Shown here piece after piece: positions 25,578 to 41,884 of a DNA stretch of 64,000 bases. Source of the DNA: the human T2T-CHM13v2.0 reference genome, Homo sapiens; assembly GCF_009914755.1 (NCBI RefSeq), contig NC_060935.1; one strand, given 5' to 3'. Within the stretch, counting starts at the first letter, position 1, and the number at the start of each line of letters is the position of its first letter. The translations under genes were made by a program, and so were the position numbers. The notes beneath the pieces were generated by a model. It saw nothing but the letters and a program-made list of their open reading frames with translations, was not told where the DNA came from and searched no databases.

Positions 25578-28500
25578 AGTCCAGAAATAGCTAAAACAAT
25601 TTAGAAAAAGTAAAACAAAATGGAAGTCTCATAATACCTGATTTCAAGACTTATTACAAAGCTACAGTAATAAAGATAATTTGATATTATCATAAAGATA
25701 GCCATATACATCCATAGAACACAATAGAGTCCGGAAAGAGACCCATACATATAGGGTCAATTGATTTGCAATAAAGATGTCAAAATAATTTAATGCGGAA
25801 AGATTAGTTTTCAATAAATTGTGCTAGAACAACAGAGAATGCATAAGCAAAAAACAAAAGAACTTGGGCTGTTACCTTGCACCATCCAAAATAATTAACT
25901 CAAAACGGATCATAGACCTAAATGTGAAGCCTGTAATATTTCTAAAAGAAAACATAAAAAAATTGTGACAAAGATTAGTCAGCAATTTATTAGAACACAA
26001 AAAGCATGAACCATAAAAGAAAACAAATTGATAAACTGGACTTCATTAAAATTAAAAACTCTTGGATAAACACTTTAAGAAACTGAAAAGTTAAACCTCT
26101 GAGTGGGAGAAATTATTTGCAAAACACGTACATGATAAATGTCGAAATATGTATTTAAAACACGTTATACATTCACCGATAAGAAGAAAAATAACTCAAT
26201 ACAACATGGGCAAAAGATATGAAGAGATAGGTCACTGAAGAAGAGGTTTGAATGGCACATGAGCACATAAAAAGATGCTCAGCATCATTAGTCATTAGGA
26301 AAAAGCAAATCAAACCCATAATGATATATCAAAACACATCCACTAAAAAGACTAAAATTACACAGCAACATCGAGGACAACAGGCAACAGAGAATGCTGG
26401 TAAAGATCTGGAACTCTCATGTATTGTTGATGGGAATGCACAAAGGATCAGCCACTTTGGAAAATAGTTTGGAAGATCCATATAAAGTTAAACATACACT
26501 TACCACACTCATAGGTATTTATGCCAAGGAAATAACAACACAGAGCTATACTCACATGTTCATAGTTCATGGTAGCTTTATCCGTAATAACTAAAAACCA
26601 GAAAAATTTAAATGAGCAAATGCCCATTGAATGAATAAACCAAATTACAGGAGTTTCATATGATGGAAAACCTCTCACAATAAAAATGAGTGGACTATGG
26701 ATACATTCAACAACGTGAACGAATATGTAAAGCATTATGCTAAGTGAAAGAAGCGAGACACACAAGGCTGTATACTGCATGATTCCATTATATGATACTC
26801 ACAAAAATGCAAAACTACAAGGGCAGAAAACAGCTCAGTATTGCCAGAGCATGAGGATAGGGGAGGGGATCAACTACAGGGAAGAACCATGGGACATGGG
26901 CCATTTTCAGGTGACAAAAATATTACAGATCTTGATTGTGGTGGTGGTGACACAACTGTTCATAATTGTCAAAACTCAACCTGTACAACTAAAAATGGTG
27001 AATTTGACTCTGTGTACATTATACTTCAATAAATCCATCTAAACAAATTTCAATGGCAAAAAAGAGTATTTGGAGCTAGGGAGTTTCACAGTGGCTGTAA
27101 AATACTATTTGTGTTTTTGAAGTTGTGTGTTCTTCAAAATGTCTGACATTCCTAAGCAAATATAAATCGTAAACATTCCTAAATAAATACAATCTTCATA
27201 TGTAACTTTTACTTAAAAATAAAAAGCCTTTTTCTTAATAACTGTCAGCAATTTCATTAGGACATGATTCTTAAATATCTTTATATCTTTATCATCCATT
27301 ATTTTGATAAACTAAATACAAAGTATCTTTTTACAAATGTAACATCCCTCTCTCCCCCAAGTGAACATTTTCCATAAATATTTAGCACTAGATTGTTACA
27401 GTATTGTTATTATTTTAAGATCAGTTAATTCAAATCCAACTCTAATTAATTTATTGACCTTTTCCAATTTACATTATAAAAACTCCCACTTTTAAGCATT
27501 TCTCAGGTGCCTTTTTCTTCTCTCTCTTCTGAGGTCTTGTCTGCCTAAGGAACAACTAATCCTTCAAAACTGCTTGAACAGCCTTCCTCCCTGAAGACTC
27601 TGCTGTTGTTGATTCACCAATTTCTTCCCTGCATTTCAGGTCAACTAATCCGTTTCCAAGATAGTACCCCTCTGACATTTATTTGTCTCTTCTACTAAAA
27701 TGAGAACAGGATCTTAGCTTATATATCTTGATTTTCCTAACCTCTAGCAAACTGGCTAACACCTAGAAGGCTTAAACACAATTTTGCTTTGAAAACAAAT
27801 CATTTTGAATATCAGTTGTCATTTCACTGTATGGGAGATTTAGCTTCTGCAAGGGATTGGCCTAAATGGGTGATAGCCTGAGGAGAAACATCAGAATGAA
27901 ATGGTATTTGAAGGACAATACACTAACTCCTAATTTGATTTTGCTTGTTTGCCATTTGTTTCTGTTTGATAAGGGCATTGTGTCATCTCAAAAGACCGAC
28001 TAATGGGGGTTACATCAGAAACATTCACTATTACAGCAGCAAAGGATTGTACAGATCCACTGTGTTATGAATTACATTTTGACAGTGTCTTGGCATCTTC
28101 ACTTCTAGATCTAGGTTTTGTCCAGATCAGCAACTCAGAGAGGTTCCAGGTGTCCACATATGCTTGGGTGTAATGTCCGACTCATGTGGCTTCCTCTTTC
28201 CTGGGCTAGGCTTTTCCACTGTCTTGGACAAGGTGAGCATGCTTCTCTGGACCAGGTAGCTGGCCCAGAGGCCTGGAGGAGTACAGTCCTATTTATACTG
28301 GGCCTGGGTACACATCTGGGTGGGATAAGCATAGAGGGTATCACTGTTTTCTCTCAGTGCAGGGGTTGGGAAGGGTTGAAAGGCTGCCCCTGGGTTGCTA
28401 ATTCAGATTTAATTATAGTGCCCATTGTTAAATTCTGCATAAGTTTGTAGCCAAGGGGAATTCTGTCTGGCTCATTAGGAGACATTCCTGTGTATACTTC

Positions 28501-28627
28501 TGTTTGTCCAGCTTAGTAGCAGAGTGAAAAATGCTTGATATCTTTTTACTAAATGAATGAACAAACCTATGATGTGCCAACCCTGTTTCAGGAGGTACGT
28601 CTCCCATATGGTGCTTCTGTGCGTGTA

Positions 28628-29045
28628 TTTTTTAACAGCTTTATTGAAATACCACATAACTCATTCATTTAAAGTACAATTCAAATGTTTTTGTATAGTT
28701 CACTATTATTTTTAAAAAACTGGAGTAAAATATACATCACAAAATTTGCCATTTTAACCACTTTAAGTGTACAACTCAGTGGTATTAATTACATTTACAA
28801 TGTTGTGCAACCATCATCACCAACTATTTCTAATTTTTCATCACTTCAAACAGAAACTCTACAACCACTAAGCAAAACCTCCCCATTTCCTCCTTCCCAC
28901 AGGCCCTGGTAACCTCTAATCTACTTTCTCCGTCTATGAATTTGCATGGTGTCTGGCTCATTTCACTTATAATGTTTTCAAGGTTTATACATGTTGAAGC
29001 ACATATCAGAACTTCATTCCTTTTTACAGCTAAATAATGGGTCAA
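28628..29045 (-). mobile_element. L1MB-like 3' end fragments
   Basis: Reverse L1M 3' UTR (ttgccattttaaccactttaagtgtacaactcagtgg, ggccctggtaacctctaatctactttct). Confidence 0.75.
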
Positions 29046-29049
29046 AATA

Positions 29050-29470
29050 TGAAAGGTAAACTGTATAGTTTATAGAAAATAACAGAGTATATCTTTATGA
29101 CACTAAGTAAGAAAATAATTCTTAGCCATGACATTAAAATGCTAGTCAAAAAGGAAAAAAAAAAGTGTTAAAACTGTATCAATTAAGAATGTCTGTTCTT
29201 TAAAAGACACCAAAACATGTACTGAAAAAGCTAGTCACAGAGTAAGAGTAGATTTTGCAACCCATATAACCAATGATATGCCAGTATTCAGAGAAATATA
29301 TTTGAACACCCATCTAAATCGGGAGGGAGCGGGCAAAAAAGACTTAACAGATGCCCTAATTTTAAAAGCGATCAAAAATCTGTTCCATTAACAGATGAAT
29401 GGATAAACAAAATGTGATATATTCATCCAATGAAATACAGTGTGTGTATGTTTGATACATTGCAAATTCA
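29050..29470 (+). mobile_element. Old L1M fragment
   Basis: Degenerate ORF2 end and acagatgaatggataaacaaaatgtgatatattcatcc. Confidence 0.6.
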
Positions 29471-29473
29471 GTG

Positions 29474-29788
29474 TTTTTCTTTCTGTTTTTTGTTTGTTTT
29501 CTGTTTCTTTGAGACAGTCTCTCTCTATTATCCAGGCTGGAGTGCAGTGGCGTGATCTCAGCTCACTGCAACCTCGGCCTCCTAGGTTCAAGCCATGCCT
29601 GCCTCAGCCTCCTGAGTGGCTGGGATTATAGGTGCATGCCACCATGCCTGACTAATTTTTTTATTTTTAGTAGAGACGGGGCTTGGCCATGTTGGCTAAG
29701 CTGGTCTTGAACGCCTGGCCTCAAGTGATCCGCCCGCCTTGGCCTCCCAAAATGTTGAGATTACAGGCTTGAGCCACCATGCCTGGCC
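29474..29788 (-). mobile_element. AluS/J SINE
   Basis: Dimer with a degenerate T-rich tail. Confidence 0.92.
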
Positions 29789-31188
29789 GTTTCTGGTGCT
29801 TTTGCCATTTCAAGTGGTTACAACTCGAAGAAGTTCAAGTAGGTACTGACCTCTGCTATCTTAGCATACTTTTGGCTTGTCTATGCCTCTAGTTTCTATT
29901 CTCGTTTTTCTCACGTTTCGTGGAATGTTTCATAATTGAGACACCATGCCCTCTAGTCAAGCCTAAGCTTTTCTGAGTGGGAGGGGAGAAGAAGGGACAG
30001 CTTTTCAATGACATTTTGTTTGCAATAGGAGATAAAGGGTAGCAACTTCTGACTCCATCTGCAACAGTGAACATCACCTGGTTCCCAGACAGCACCCAGT
30101 GTTTCTCTCTGTCACACAGAAACAGATACCTTCAACCAGCATTCCAGTTACAACCTTGGGCAAGTTCTTCCTGGGATATTTCTCAACCCTGTTCTTGGCC
30201 ACAGAAAAGGCAAATTCCTCCATCTGTTCTTTCTCTGCATGTCGTAAGATCTGGCTCTTCCTATCTTTCTTCCTTGACTCCGTCTAATAAAAAGACTTTT
30301 CTGAACTCGAAGTATGTGAAACTGCATAACTGGTGCTATCAATCTGATATAAAATGGCCCATTTAAGTTTTGAATTACAAGTTTTTTTGTTAGGCTGCAA
30401 AAATATCCAAATGGCAGCTCAATACCTCAGAATACGTTAGGAATAATTACTTATATTAATTCAATATATTTATTCATCCACTTAAATCTTGAGTTTATTG
30501 CAGTAGTAACCAAATGAGAACTGACATACAAAGAGAATACATTATTATGCTACTACAAACATTGTCTGAATTGCTGCAGTTAAAAATAAGTAAATTCAAA
30601 GCTACTTCCTGGCGACAAACAGGGATGTTTGAAAATTCATGTTAAGGGAAGAAAACAAAAATGCCTTTAATCAGATTAATCACCATTTTCCACAACAGAT
30701 ATGCTAATGAATTTGATGATCAGATATGCAGCCTTCTCTAGAGATACAAATATAGAGTAACTGTCAGTGCTATTAATTTTATCTCCCATGTATTCCTGTG
30801 AAACGTTGTGAACCTCTATCTTCTCTGAACCACAATAAAATAAAACAAAAAATCCTCTAATTTTGAACCTCCACAGTTTTGAGTTATATAAACACTGAAG
30901 AGCTTCTCCTCAGATCCAGTAAACTAGGGCAATTGCCCCAAGCTCCAAGCTTTGGAAAGAACTGGGAGACATGAATTCAATTATGCTGCTAAATAGTACA
31001 GAATGAGGACAGGCTTTTGAGGTAAGGAAGGTAGTTTTCTACTAAAGCAAAAGATTTTGACGCCTTTCTACAAATACACATACTCAGGCAATACATACCA
31101 ATATCATCATCAACATTAAGGTAAAACAGGAAATCTCTATAAGAGTCCTTTACTGATTCATCTTACCTTCTATGATGCTGTTTTAGAC

Positions 31189-31233
31189 GTGTGTGTGTGT
31201 GAGAGAGAGAGGAGAGAGAGAGAGAGAGAGAGA
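31189..31233. repeat. (GT)n(GA)n compound microsatellite
   Basis: Direct reading. Confidence 0.95.
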
Positions 31234-31418
31234 ATTTACTTTGATAAACAAGCAGAAGAGGAATTAATCTGGGTTCTGCAATAATTAGGTTATCCTGGGA
31301 ACATCATTAAATCATAGACTTCTGAACTTTAAAATCAGAGTGGATTTTTAAAATCACTAAATCCAGCACCATCAAAAATTATGTTACCTGAAAGCAGTAG
31401 GTGTATACCTCAAGGGGA

Positions 31419-31781
31419 TGTATTAGTCCGTTTTCACACTGCTATAAAGAACTACCGGAAACTGGGTAATTTATAAAGAAAAGAGGTTTAGTTGACCACA
31501 GTGCCACATGGCTGGGGAGGCCTCAGGAAACTTACAATCATGACAGAAGGTAAAGGGGAAGCAAGGCACATGTTACATGGCAGCACGGGAGAGAGAATGA
31601 TGGGGGAGGTGCCACACTTTTAAACCATCAGATCTTGTGAGAACTCACTCACTATCATGAGAACAGTGTGGGGAACTCTGCCCTCATGATCCAGTCACCT
31701 CCCATCAGGTACCTCCCCTGACATATGGAGATTACAATTTGAGATGAGATTTGGGTGGGGACACAGAGCCAAACCATATCA
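31419..31781 (-). mobile_element. THE1 (THE1D-like) MaLR solo LTR
   Basis: tgtattagtccgttttcacactgctataaag...gggtggggacacagagccaaaccatatca. Confidence 0.92.
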
Positions 31782-32747
31782 GCAGAGAAGGAGAGTACAG
31801 GACCACTGGAAAGCCAACGGAAGAAGGGAGAGGTTTCAGAAAACAGAAGTAACTCGTTCAGGTTTTATGGTAAGTGGTGGAGTCCATCAGGCTTCAAAGC
31901 CTTCACTCTGAACCTACTCCATGCAGACCCTGACTCTGTGATTTTCCACAAGATGTCAGTGATGTAAATACAAATACATTCAGAGCGTCCAAAAATATAA
32001 CCTTCACTGCTGATTTTACAATGTGTTTATACAGTAGAAAATAAAATACTGTTGCCTTTACAATGTGTTCTTTCTCATTGAGCATAAACACTTCATAGCC
32101 ATCACCTAAAACTGACTGTGTTGATGGGTTGGGCTTATCTATTAAATCACCCCATGTGATATATACATCGACTGGGCTTACAAGGAAATCCAGTGGAAGT
32201 GCTGATAAACATTCTATATAAATTGTATTTCCAAAGTATTCTTTATACAGATGCCAAATGCACTTCAGAAGCACATGGGAACAATTACATAACTATCCTT
32301 TCCGTGAGGCAGGCAGATGCATTCATAATACCCTTGCTCAGGCGGAGACGGAATCAGTTAAAATGTTCAAAAGGTGAACTCAGTACATAGATGACAGTCA
32401 AATCATATTTCATAACTGGGGTTTCATTTCCAAGAAAGCATTTTGGATTGTGATGAATTTAGAATATTGTGTTTATAAAGTAAAACTGGCAAAAAAATAA
32501 TAAAAGAGAAGTGAAAAGGAGGAAGGAAGGGAGACCAAAGAAGAAGAGGGCACATCACTCTAAATAAAGACAGGTCTCTGGAACAATGGCTATGTTTTGG
32601 TCATACTCTACTTTCACATTTAATTCCATAAATGTCTCCTTTTATATTGCATATTCTGATTTTGCCTTCTAACTGAGGCAATATATAAATGTTTATGCTG
32701 CAAATTAACAATACATAGTTAATACAAAAATACAGTCACCAGACTAC

Positions 32748-33192
32748 TGTGATGGTTAATATTGAGTGTCAACTTGATGGAATTGAAGGATACAAAGCAT
32801 TGTTCCTGGGTGTATCTGTGAGGGTGTTGCCAAAGGAGATTAACATTTGAGTCAGTGGACTGGGAAAGGCAGACCCACCCTCAATCTGGGTAAGCACAAT
32901 GTAATCAGCTGTCAGCATGGCCAGAATAAAAGGAGGCAGAAGAACGTTGAGAGAATCAACTGGCTTAGCCTCCAAGCCTACATCTTTCTCCTGTGCTGGA
33001 TGCTTTCTGCCCTCAAACATCAGACTCCAAGTTCTTCAGCTTTGGGACTCAGTCTGGCCTTGCTCCTCAGCTTCCAGACAGCCTATTGTAGGACCTCACT
33101 TTGTGATCCTGTGACTTAATACTCCTTAATAAATGCCCCTTTATATATACATCTATCCTATTATTTCTGTCCCTTTAGAGAACCCTAATATA
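32748..33192 (+). mobile_element. MLT2A (HERV-L) solo LTR
   Basis: tgtgatggttaatattgagtgtcaacttg...gagaaccctaatata. Perfect 5-bp TSD actac (32743-32747, 33193-33197). Confidence 0.92.
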
Positions 33193-36100
33193 ACTACTAT
33201 TTCTATTCTATTCTAGACTTCAAATATACATTTCTTTAAGTCATTCAGCTTCAACAAACTATCACTCTAACCACATGCCTTACTAAAGGTTTGGATTTTC
33301 TTGAAAAATTTTAGTCTTAAAAATTTTTTCATTAGGGAGCATGGGATTTTAAACTACTTATAAACATTTACTTCATATAAAGAATTGACCTAACAGTTAC
33401 TGGCAAATAAATATAAATAAAATAAGAATGGAATATAAAACTTCTTAAAATAGAATTGGCTTTTAAAAAACTGTCAAAAAATTAACTGGCAATAGAAAAT
33501 TCCGCATTGCTATTCAGTACTTCATCAAATTCAAAAATGATAATAAATATTCAAAATTCAACCTTTGGGTAATGTCATTTCTAATGTTTGTGTAATCTTT
33601 GTTCCACCTTCATCAAGGTGCTGTGAAAAACTGCCCTTGAATCGTTTGAAAACACAGTATTTACTTCTCTGAATATTATCCCTTGTATGTATGCTACAGC
33701 AAAACTTTGCTAAAATGCTGAATACATTTTCTAGTCCGTTCTAAGGGATCTCTAGCATTATTTTTAAAATACTGATGGCATGAGGAAAATAAATTGCTCT
33801 GGCTAGTGAATGCAGGGTAGAAATACAATTACCTGGATGGTTCCAATCATTCTAGATCAAATATCTGGTTGATTAACTAAAATATTTTAATTTTTATTTG
33901 GAAAAATTGGTGTCATATATACAAATTGTCACATACTGACAAGATATAAAGTTGAAAGTATGTTTATTGTTGAAACATAAAGCAGCAGCAGCATCAGGGC
34001 ATAGTAAAAATGGAGGGAAATCACCAGCTTTTGTGGAGGAATGCCATACCTCCGTCATCTTCCAGAGCTTTTGATATATGCTGACTGGAATCATAAGCCA
34101 TGATTTGTTAAAATCACCAAAAATTATTATTCTGGGGCTCTATAACAAAGACATAAAAATAAATTTTAAAAATACTGAAAAATCACTCAGTTGAATTAAT
34201 TTGGATGGAATGTTTTGTCATATATATCCGTAGAGTTCAGAAATGATCAGGTATTTCAGTGGATAAAGAAGTGCTAACAATGTATTTCTTTCAGGGGTTT
34301 ACCCTGGTCTGGCTTCATTACTGTAAAATCTGAAAAGTGGGAACTCGGTAAAATCCCCAAGTGAGATGACACAACACTGTCATAAAAGCTTTCAGACAAG
34401 TAATGAGAAATATCCTTTTATACAGTAGGGAATAAATTCCTTGACCTAACACCCAGAGGTAAGACTATATAAAGAAAGCATAACCTATTATAATTTATAT
34501 AATTTAATACCTGTTATAATTTTAAGAATTTATAAAGTAATGTTGAGGCTATTTCAATAATATTCTTAAACATATCTTAGATGGTAGTGACATAAAATTC
34601 CCTGGTGTCACTGTTTAAAACTCTTGGCCCTATTGGCATCACTGATTGATCCCAGCTGGCACTGGCATAGTTCATACGATCAAATCACACTCGGCCTTTG
34701 AAAATTAGCTTCAATATTATTTTCTCTTGAAGACTTTAACCAAAAGTACTTATACAACCAAATTCTAGGAGAATTTGCTTTGTACATCTCCAAATACTTG
34801 CTCTTCCACCCTAAGTCATATATTTCAATTCTTCTAATAGTTATTGTGGACCAAATATGGTCCAAGCACTGTGTTAGGTGCTGGTGACGAAAGCTGACTG
34901 TTATACGAAGATGACCAGTCTCATCTCAACACTTTGTCATTCTTTTAGTTTTCTCCCCATAACATTTGCTGAATATATAAATGTATTGGGACTAAAATAA
35001 AATGTGTATATTAGTGGCATGTCAGTTCCCATGATTGTACACATAGTTTCAAACATCTGTCTAGAGACTAAAGCAGCCATTTCTGTATGTGGACATACTT
35101 GGGAGTGTGACAAATATTTTTTGAGGGAGGATCAAACAAGACCTTGAGGTATTTCCCAATTATAGTTTGAAACTCATTTCTTTTCAAACAGTAGATAACT
35201 GCTAAATCTTTATTAATGGATTGAAAAATTATTCTGACAGCATTAAACAGTTAAAAATATACCGAACAATTTTTTAAAATAGAAGTGAGCAATTTTTCTT
35301 GTTTCCTATATATTAAGAAAGAAGGAAAGTTACTTCAAATTTGAAAATCTTTCTATTAGAATTCAATCAAATAAAACACACACATAATTTCTCACACATA
35401 TGTACCTTTCTATCCAAAGTATCAGCAAACATATCATAAAGAATCTCTTGATCTTCCATTAGTAAGATAACAAGACTGGAAGAAAACAAGGAGGTCAGCC
35501 AAGTGCATCATTTCCCTTCTCAAGCCAGGATAATTCCAAAAAATATTAGATTCAGGCAGAAAAAGATAAATTTAAAGATATTTGGGAAGATAAATGGCAT
35601 CTGCTCATGCCCACGGTCTAATGAGAACTAAATGAATTTCTAGTCTTGAATTTCCTGCAGACTGCTTTCTTTGATCAACTAAAAGATTCTGAGTACATAG
35701 AGCAGTTATGCTCATCTAGTATTTGTAGCAATGGCAGATAAGAAAAATGTATTAAACCTGAGTTAATTAAAACACTTTTGCTTTATTTCTTTGGTTGTTC
35801 CATGGGAATAATGCTAATAAGACTGCAGGGAAGAAAGAATTATATATGTGAAATTGCAGCGAAAATTTCAGTTAAGTGAAAAGGAATAGAGTGTTATCAC
35901 ACACTTGAAATGTTAACACATTAAAGAGTACGTTTCTTTCCCATGTAATTGTTTTTAACATAAGAGATCAGAAAGTAGCTGTTTTGGCTATATCACCTTT
36001 CTATTCAGTAATAATAATGGCAACCCTGTGCTTCCTTAGGTTATCTTGTTAAACCATACCCACACCTTATATGGTGGAAATCGATGTCTCCATTACAGAG

Positions 36101-36315
36101 TTTAAGTACAGCATCAGGATTTGAACCCAAATATGTCTGGCTCCAAAGTTCTCATAAAAAACCACCAAATTCCTTTGTTTCTTGAATACTGCAGGAGGAA
36201 GCAGGCACATACATGACCCCAAATGAGGGAATGTATTTCCATTCAAGTTACAATCAAACATTGATGATTATTCTCTTCTTTTGCTGTGACTACCTCTCTT
36301 CATGTAGCTTTTGTA

Positions 36316-36415
36316 ATTTGTGATTAAAAGAGATGTCTCAAGATTTCATTGTGTTCAGCCAATTAAATATTGTTGTACACAATGAAATTTTGTGACATTT
36401 CTTTTAATCACAAAT
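36316..36415. repeat. Inverted repeat, 44-bp arms, 12-nt loop
   Basis: 36316-36359 matches the reverse complement of 36372-36415 at 39/44 positions. Confidence 0.95.
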
Positions 36416-36589
36416 ATAAATTACATAATTGCTACATAATCAGAAAGAGCTATCACAGCAATTATATAGTTTCTTCATTTCATAAGGTATTAAATTGGAA
36501 TTGACCAATACTGATTAATTCATTAAAGATGTTAATGAGCAATGAGAAAATATCTATTTATATTTGTGGATCTATTACTTTATAACATA

Positions 36590-38500
<1,911 letters not shown>

Positions 38501-38519
38501 CTCATTTGTAAAATAATAT

Positions 38520-40780
38520 GACAGATACTCTTTTGCACCTTCATTTTTTTTAGCTAACAATATATTCTGAAAATCACTCCCCATCAGTTCATAGGCTTTA
38601 TCCTTATTCTTTCCTTTTACAGGTGAACAGAACTCTATGGACATGTCATAGTTTATTCAACCACTCTTTCATATGTGGACATTTTAGATCTTGCCAATGT
38701 TATAGAATTACAAACAATGTTGAAATGAATACCTTATGCATATACATTTTCATTACTGTTGGAGTTGCATGTTCAGAATAAATTTCTGACAAACAGACTG
38801 CGGTGTAAAAAGGTAAATGCCTATGTATAAAGGTCAGATATTACAAAATTCCCCTCTATAAGTTGTACCAATGAATATTTCTACCAGCAATGCATGAAAA
38901 TGCCTGCTCCCTCACTGCCTCACTAGGGGAGTGTGATGTAAACAATATACATATTATTTTAATATATATAATGTTAAATCCCAGCATAATATGAGATCTA
39001 CCCACTTACATAAATTTTAAGTGTATAGTACTACTAACTATAAGCACAATATTGTGCATCAGATTTTTAATAACATTTTTGTCTTGCATAAACATTACAC
39101 CAATATGTAAAAATGGTATGTCATAATAACTTTAACTTAAATTTTTCTTTTCATCAGTTAAGTTGAATATGTTTACTTATGTTTAAGAAATAAATGTCAA
39201 TATTGTAAATATATGTGTATATGTATTATATTTCTTTGTGTGTATATATATTTGTGTGTGCATGTGTGTATATATATATATAATATGGGTATATTTATAT
39301 TTGAGTGCGTGTGTGTGTGTGTGTGTGTTATATATAAATTGTTTATGCTTGTTGGCCATATTTTTCTCAGGCTTTTAAAAATCTTTTCTCCTTCAATTTT
39401 TAAACATTCTTCATATGTAAGTAAAAGTATCCCTTTGTCTATTATAAATATTGTAAGTATTTTCTCCTAGTTGTTTTTTGTCAGTGGTCCTTTGACTTTA
39501 TTTAAATTGCTTTTTCACATGCAGGCATTAAAACATTTTTACATTTAGGCAATAAAATTTTTCAGTTTTTCCATTTATTAAATCTGATTTTGAGTTGTAG
39601 TTATGAAACCTTTCCATACAAATTCAGATTAATAAGGAAGTCACCTATGCTTTTATCTAGTATTATATAGCTTAATTTATTTTTTACTTTGTCCGGTGGT
39701 TTCAACTTCATTTATTAAAAAGATTCATCTTCACTCTAGTGATTTGAGATGCCACCTTTATCATATATTCCACGTGTACTGAGTCTATTTCTAGACTTTC
39801 TATTCTATTCCACTAGTCTATTTATATATTCATGTGTCTGTGCCACAGTTTTAATTACAGAGGCTTTATAATATATTTTAATGTCTGGCAGGGATAGTCC
39901 TCTTTTGCATATTATTCTATTTAGGTTTTTGGGTTTTGTTCTTTATTCCTGCATGCTTATTTTTCCATATGAAGTGCAATACCACGTTTAGTTTCATTAA
40001 CTATGTTTAGTATTAATTTTGGAGATTCTTTACATTTATAAAATACAAAAACTGATGAATTAATTTAGTGTGAACTGACATCTGACTTTGAGTATCCTAT
40101 CTCAAAACAAGGTATGTCTTTTCATTTATTTAAAACTACTCTATGTGTTTCAGTAGTGTATTACTTTTTCCACAAATAAATTTTGCACATTCTTTGTTAA
40201 ATTTTTTCCTGTAGATTTTATTTTTCTGCTATTACAAATGGAGTGTTTCTGTTATTATACTGTCTAGGTATTGTGTATAATAAGATATTATTTTATGGTA
40301 ATTCTATACTCCATTTTTTAAATTAAATTCATGTATTATTTGAGTTAGTTTTATCATTGCTTCTGTAAGGTTTTTCGGGTATACAATCGTATCATCTACA
40401 TATAGAAATAGTTTTACTTCAAGTTCTTATACTTCCAAATCAATTTCTTTTCAAATTACATTAAAGGAAACCTCTAGTACAATGTTGAAAGTTAACAGAT
40501 ATAATAGGCAGTCTTGACTTGTTTCTGGTATTAATGAAAATATTTCTAGTATTTCCCCATTAAGTAAAATTCTGGTTTTACTAATGTAGTGTACATATAT
40601 TTTATAATATGGAGTTCCCACTAATTTCTATTTTGAGTTTCGTTTTCCTGAAATGGGTGTTAAATTTGTCAGAAGCTTTTTCAGAATCTCTGGAAGTTAG
40701 ACATACACATTTGCTCTTTCAGAAATGTGTGGGTTTAGATGACATAATGTATATAAATGTCTAATAGTGAAACATCTTTG
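38520..40780 (-). mobile_element. Diverged L1M ORF2/3' fragments, with a TA/TG low-complexity tract at ~39210-39335
   Basis: Reverse L1 text (gagtctatttctagactttctattctattccact, atacaatcgtatcatctaca, cctctagtacaatgttgaa). Confidence 0.7.
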
Positions 40781-41884
40781 AAATTCACTTGATATTTTGC
40801 CCACAAGCTGGATAATACATGAAAATCTAAAAGTATATTAATTCCTTATCTTTTCTTTAAAGTTCCAACCTTCTTCTCAAATCAAGGAATAAATATGTAT
40901 AGAAAAATCACAACATTGGCTTTTACAAACATTTGTACATTCTACATCTAAAATCATGTTTGGAGAAGCATAACTAGATGATATAATGTGATTATCTTAT
41001 AATCCAGGATTAGTTTTATCCTCCAAAATTAGCATAAAAAAAGATTCAACTATATAAGCTGCAATTGAAGATAGTTCATGCTACCAATTTTCTAGACCTA
41101 TCCTGAGTATTGCAGCTTAAACAAACAATGCAAGTGCCTGTAAATGGTAAATGGCTGTAATAATTGCAATTTAAAAATGCTACATAAATAAATAGGATTT
41201 CAGTTAAGTTTTGTACATATGATCAAACTGAAGAATACCAGCAGACAGTCTTCATGGTATTATTTCTTATTTTATTTAAAGGTTAAAACAAGAAACTCTC
41301 CTTTAAGGCAAGCATATTTGGAATTTTCTAGGACAGAAATGACAATTTCTAGACTAATTTGTAACTCAATTTCTTATGAGAAGAAGTAAGACACAGGATA
41401 TTGTAAGGCTGTAAGAAAAAACAACTTTTTGTGTGTAAATAAAGTTTGTCCTCATACATTTTCCTGAGATATTTTACAATAATTGGTGTCATTCCTTAAT
41501 GACTCTACTGAAGGTTTTGTATTACTCCATCAGGGATTACAAAGCACACCTCTAAACTGGGTGTTACTTTAGACATAAATGCTCATACACTTTTGGCTGA
41601 AATCATTCTAATCATTAGGTACTGTTACCTGCAGATGTGAATCAAAACATCATTGATTACATTGGCGAGTTTGCAGTTACATTGCTGAGGACTGCATATT
41701 TTTCTGTTTTGCTTATCTCCAGAATGTGAGTAAAGCTCTTTGCAAACGAGTTATTTTTAATTGACATATTCACAAGGTAAATTAGAACTAGTACTTGGTA
41801 AAAACTGTCTGGCAGATTGCATGCGTGACTGTAATTTTTAAAACCTCTCTGTAACCACACTTTCTTTTAGTACACCTATTTTCC

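Noticed and set aside
27146-27194. Short direct repeats (also ~24582-24645 and 50971-50998)
   Set aside because: Two-copy slippage duplications in AT-rich DNA, with no array structure.
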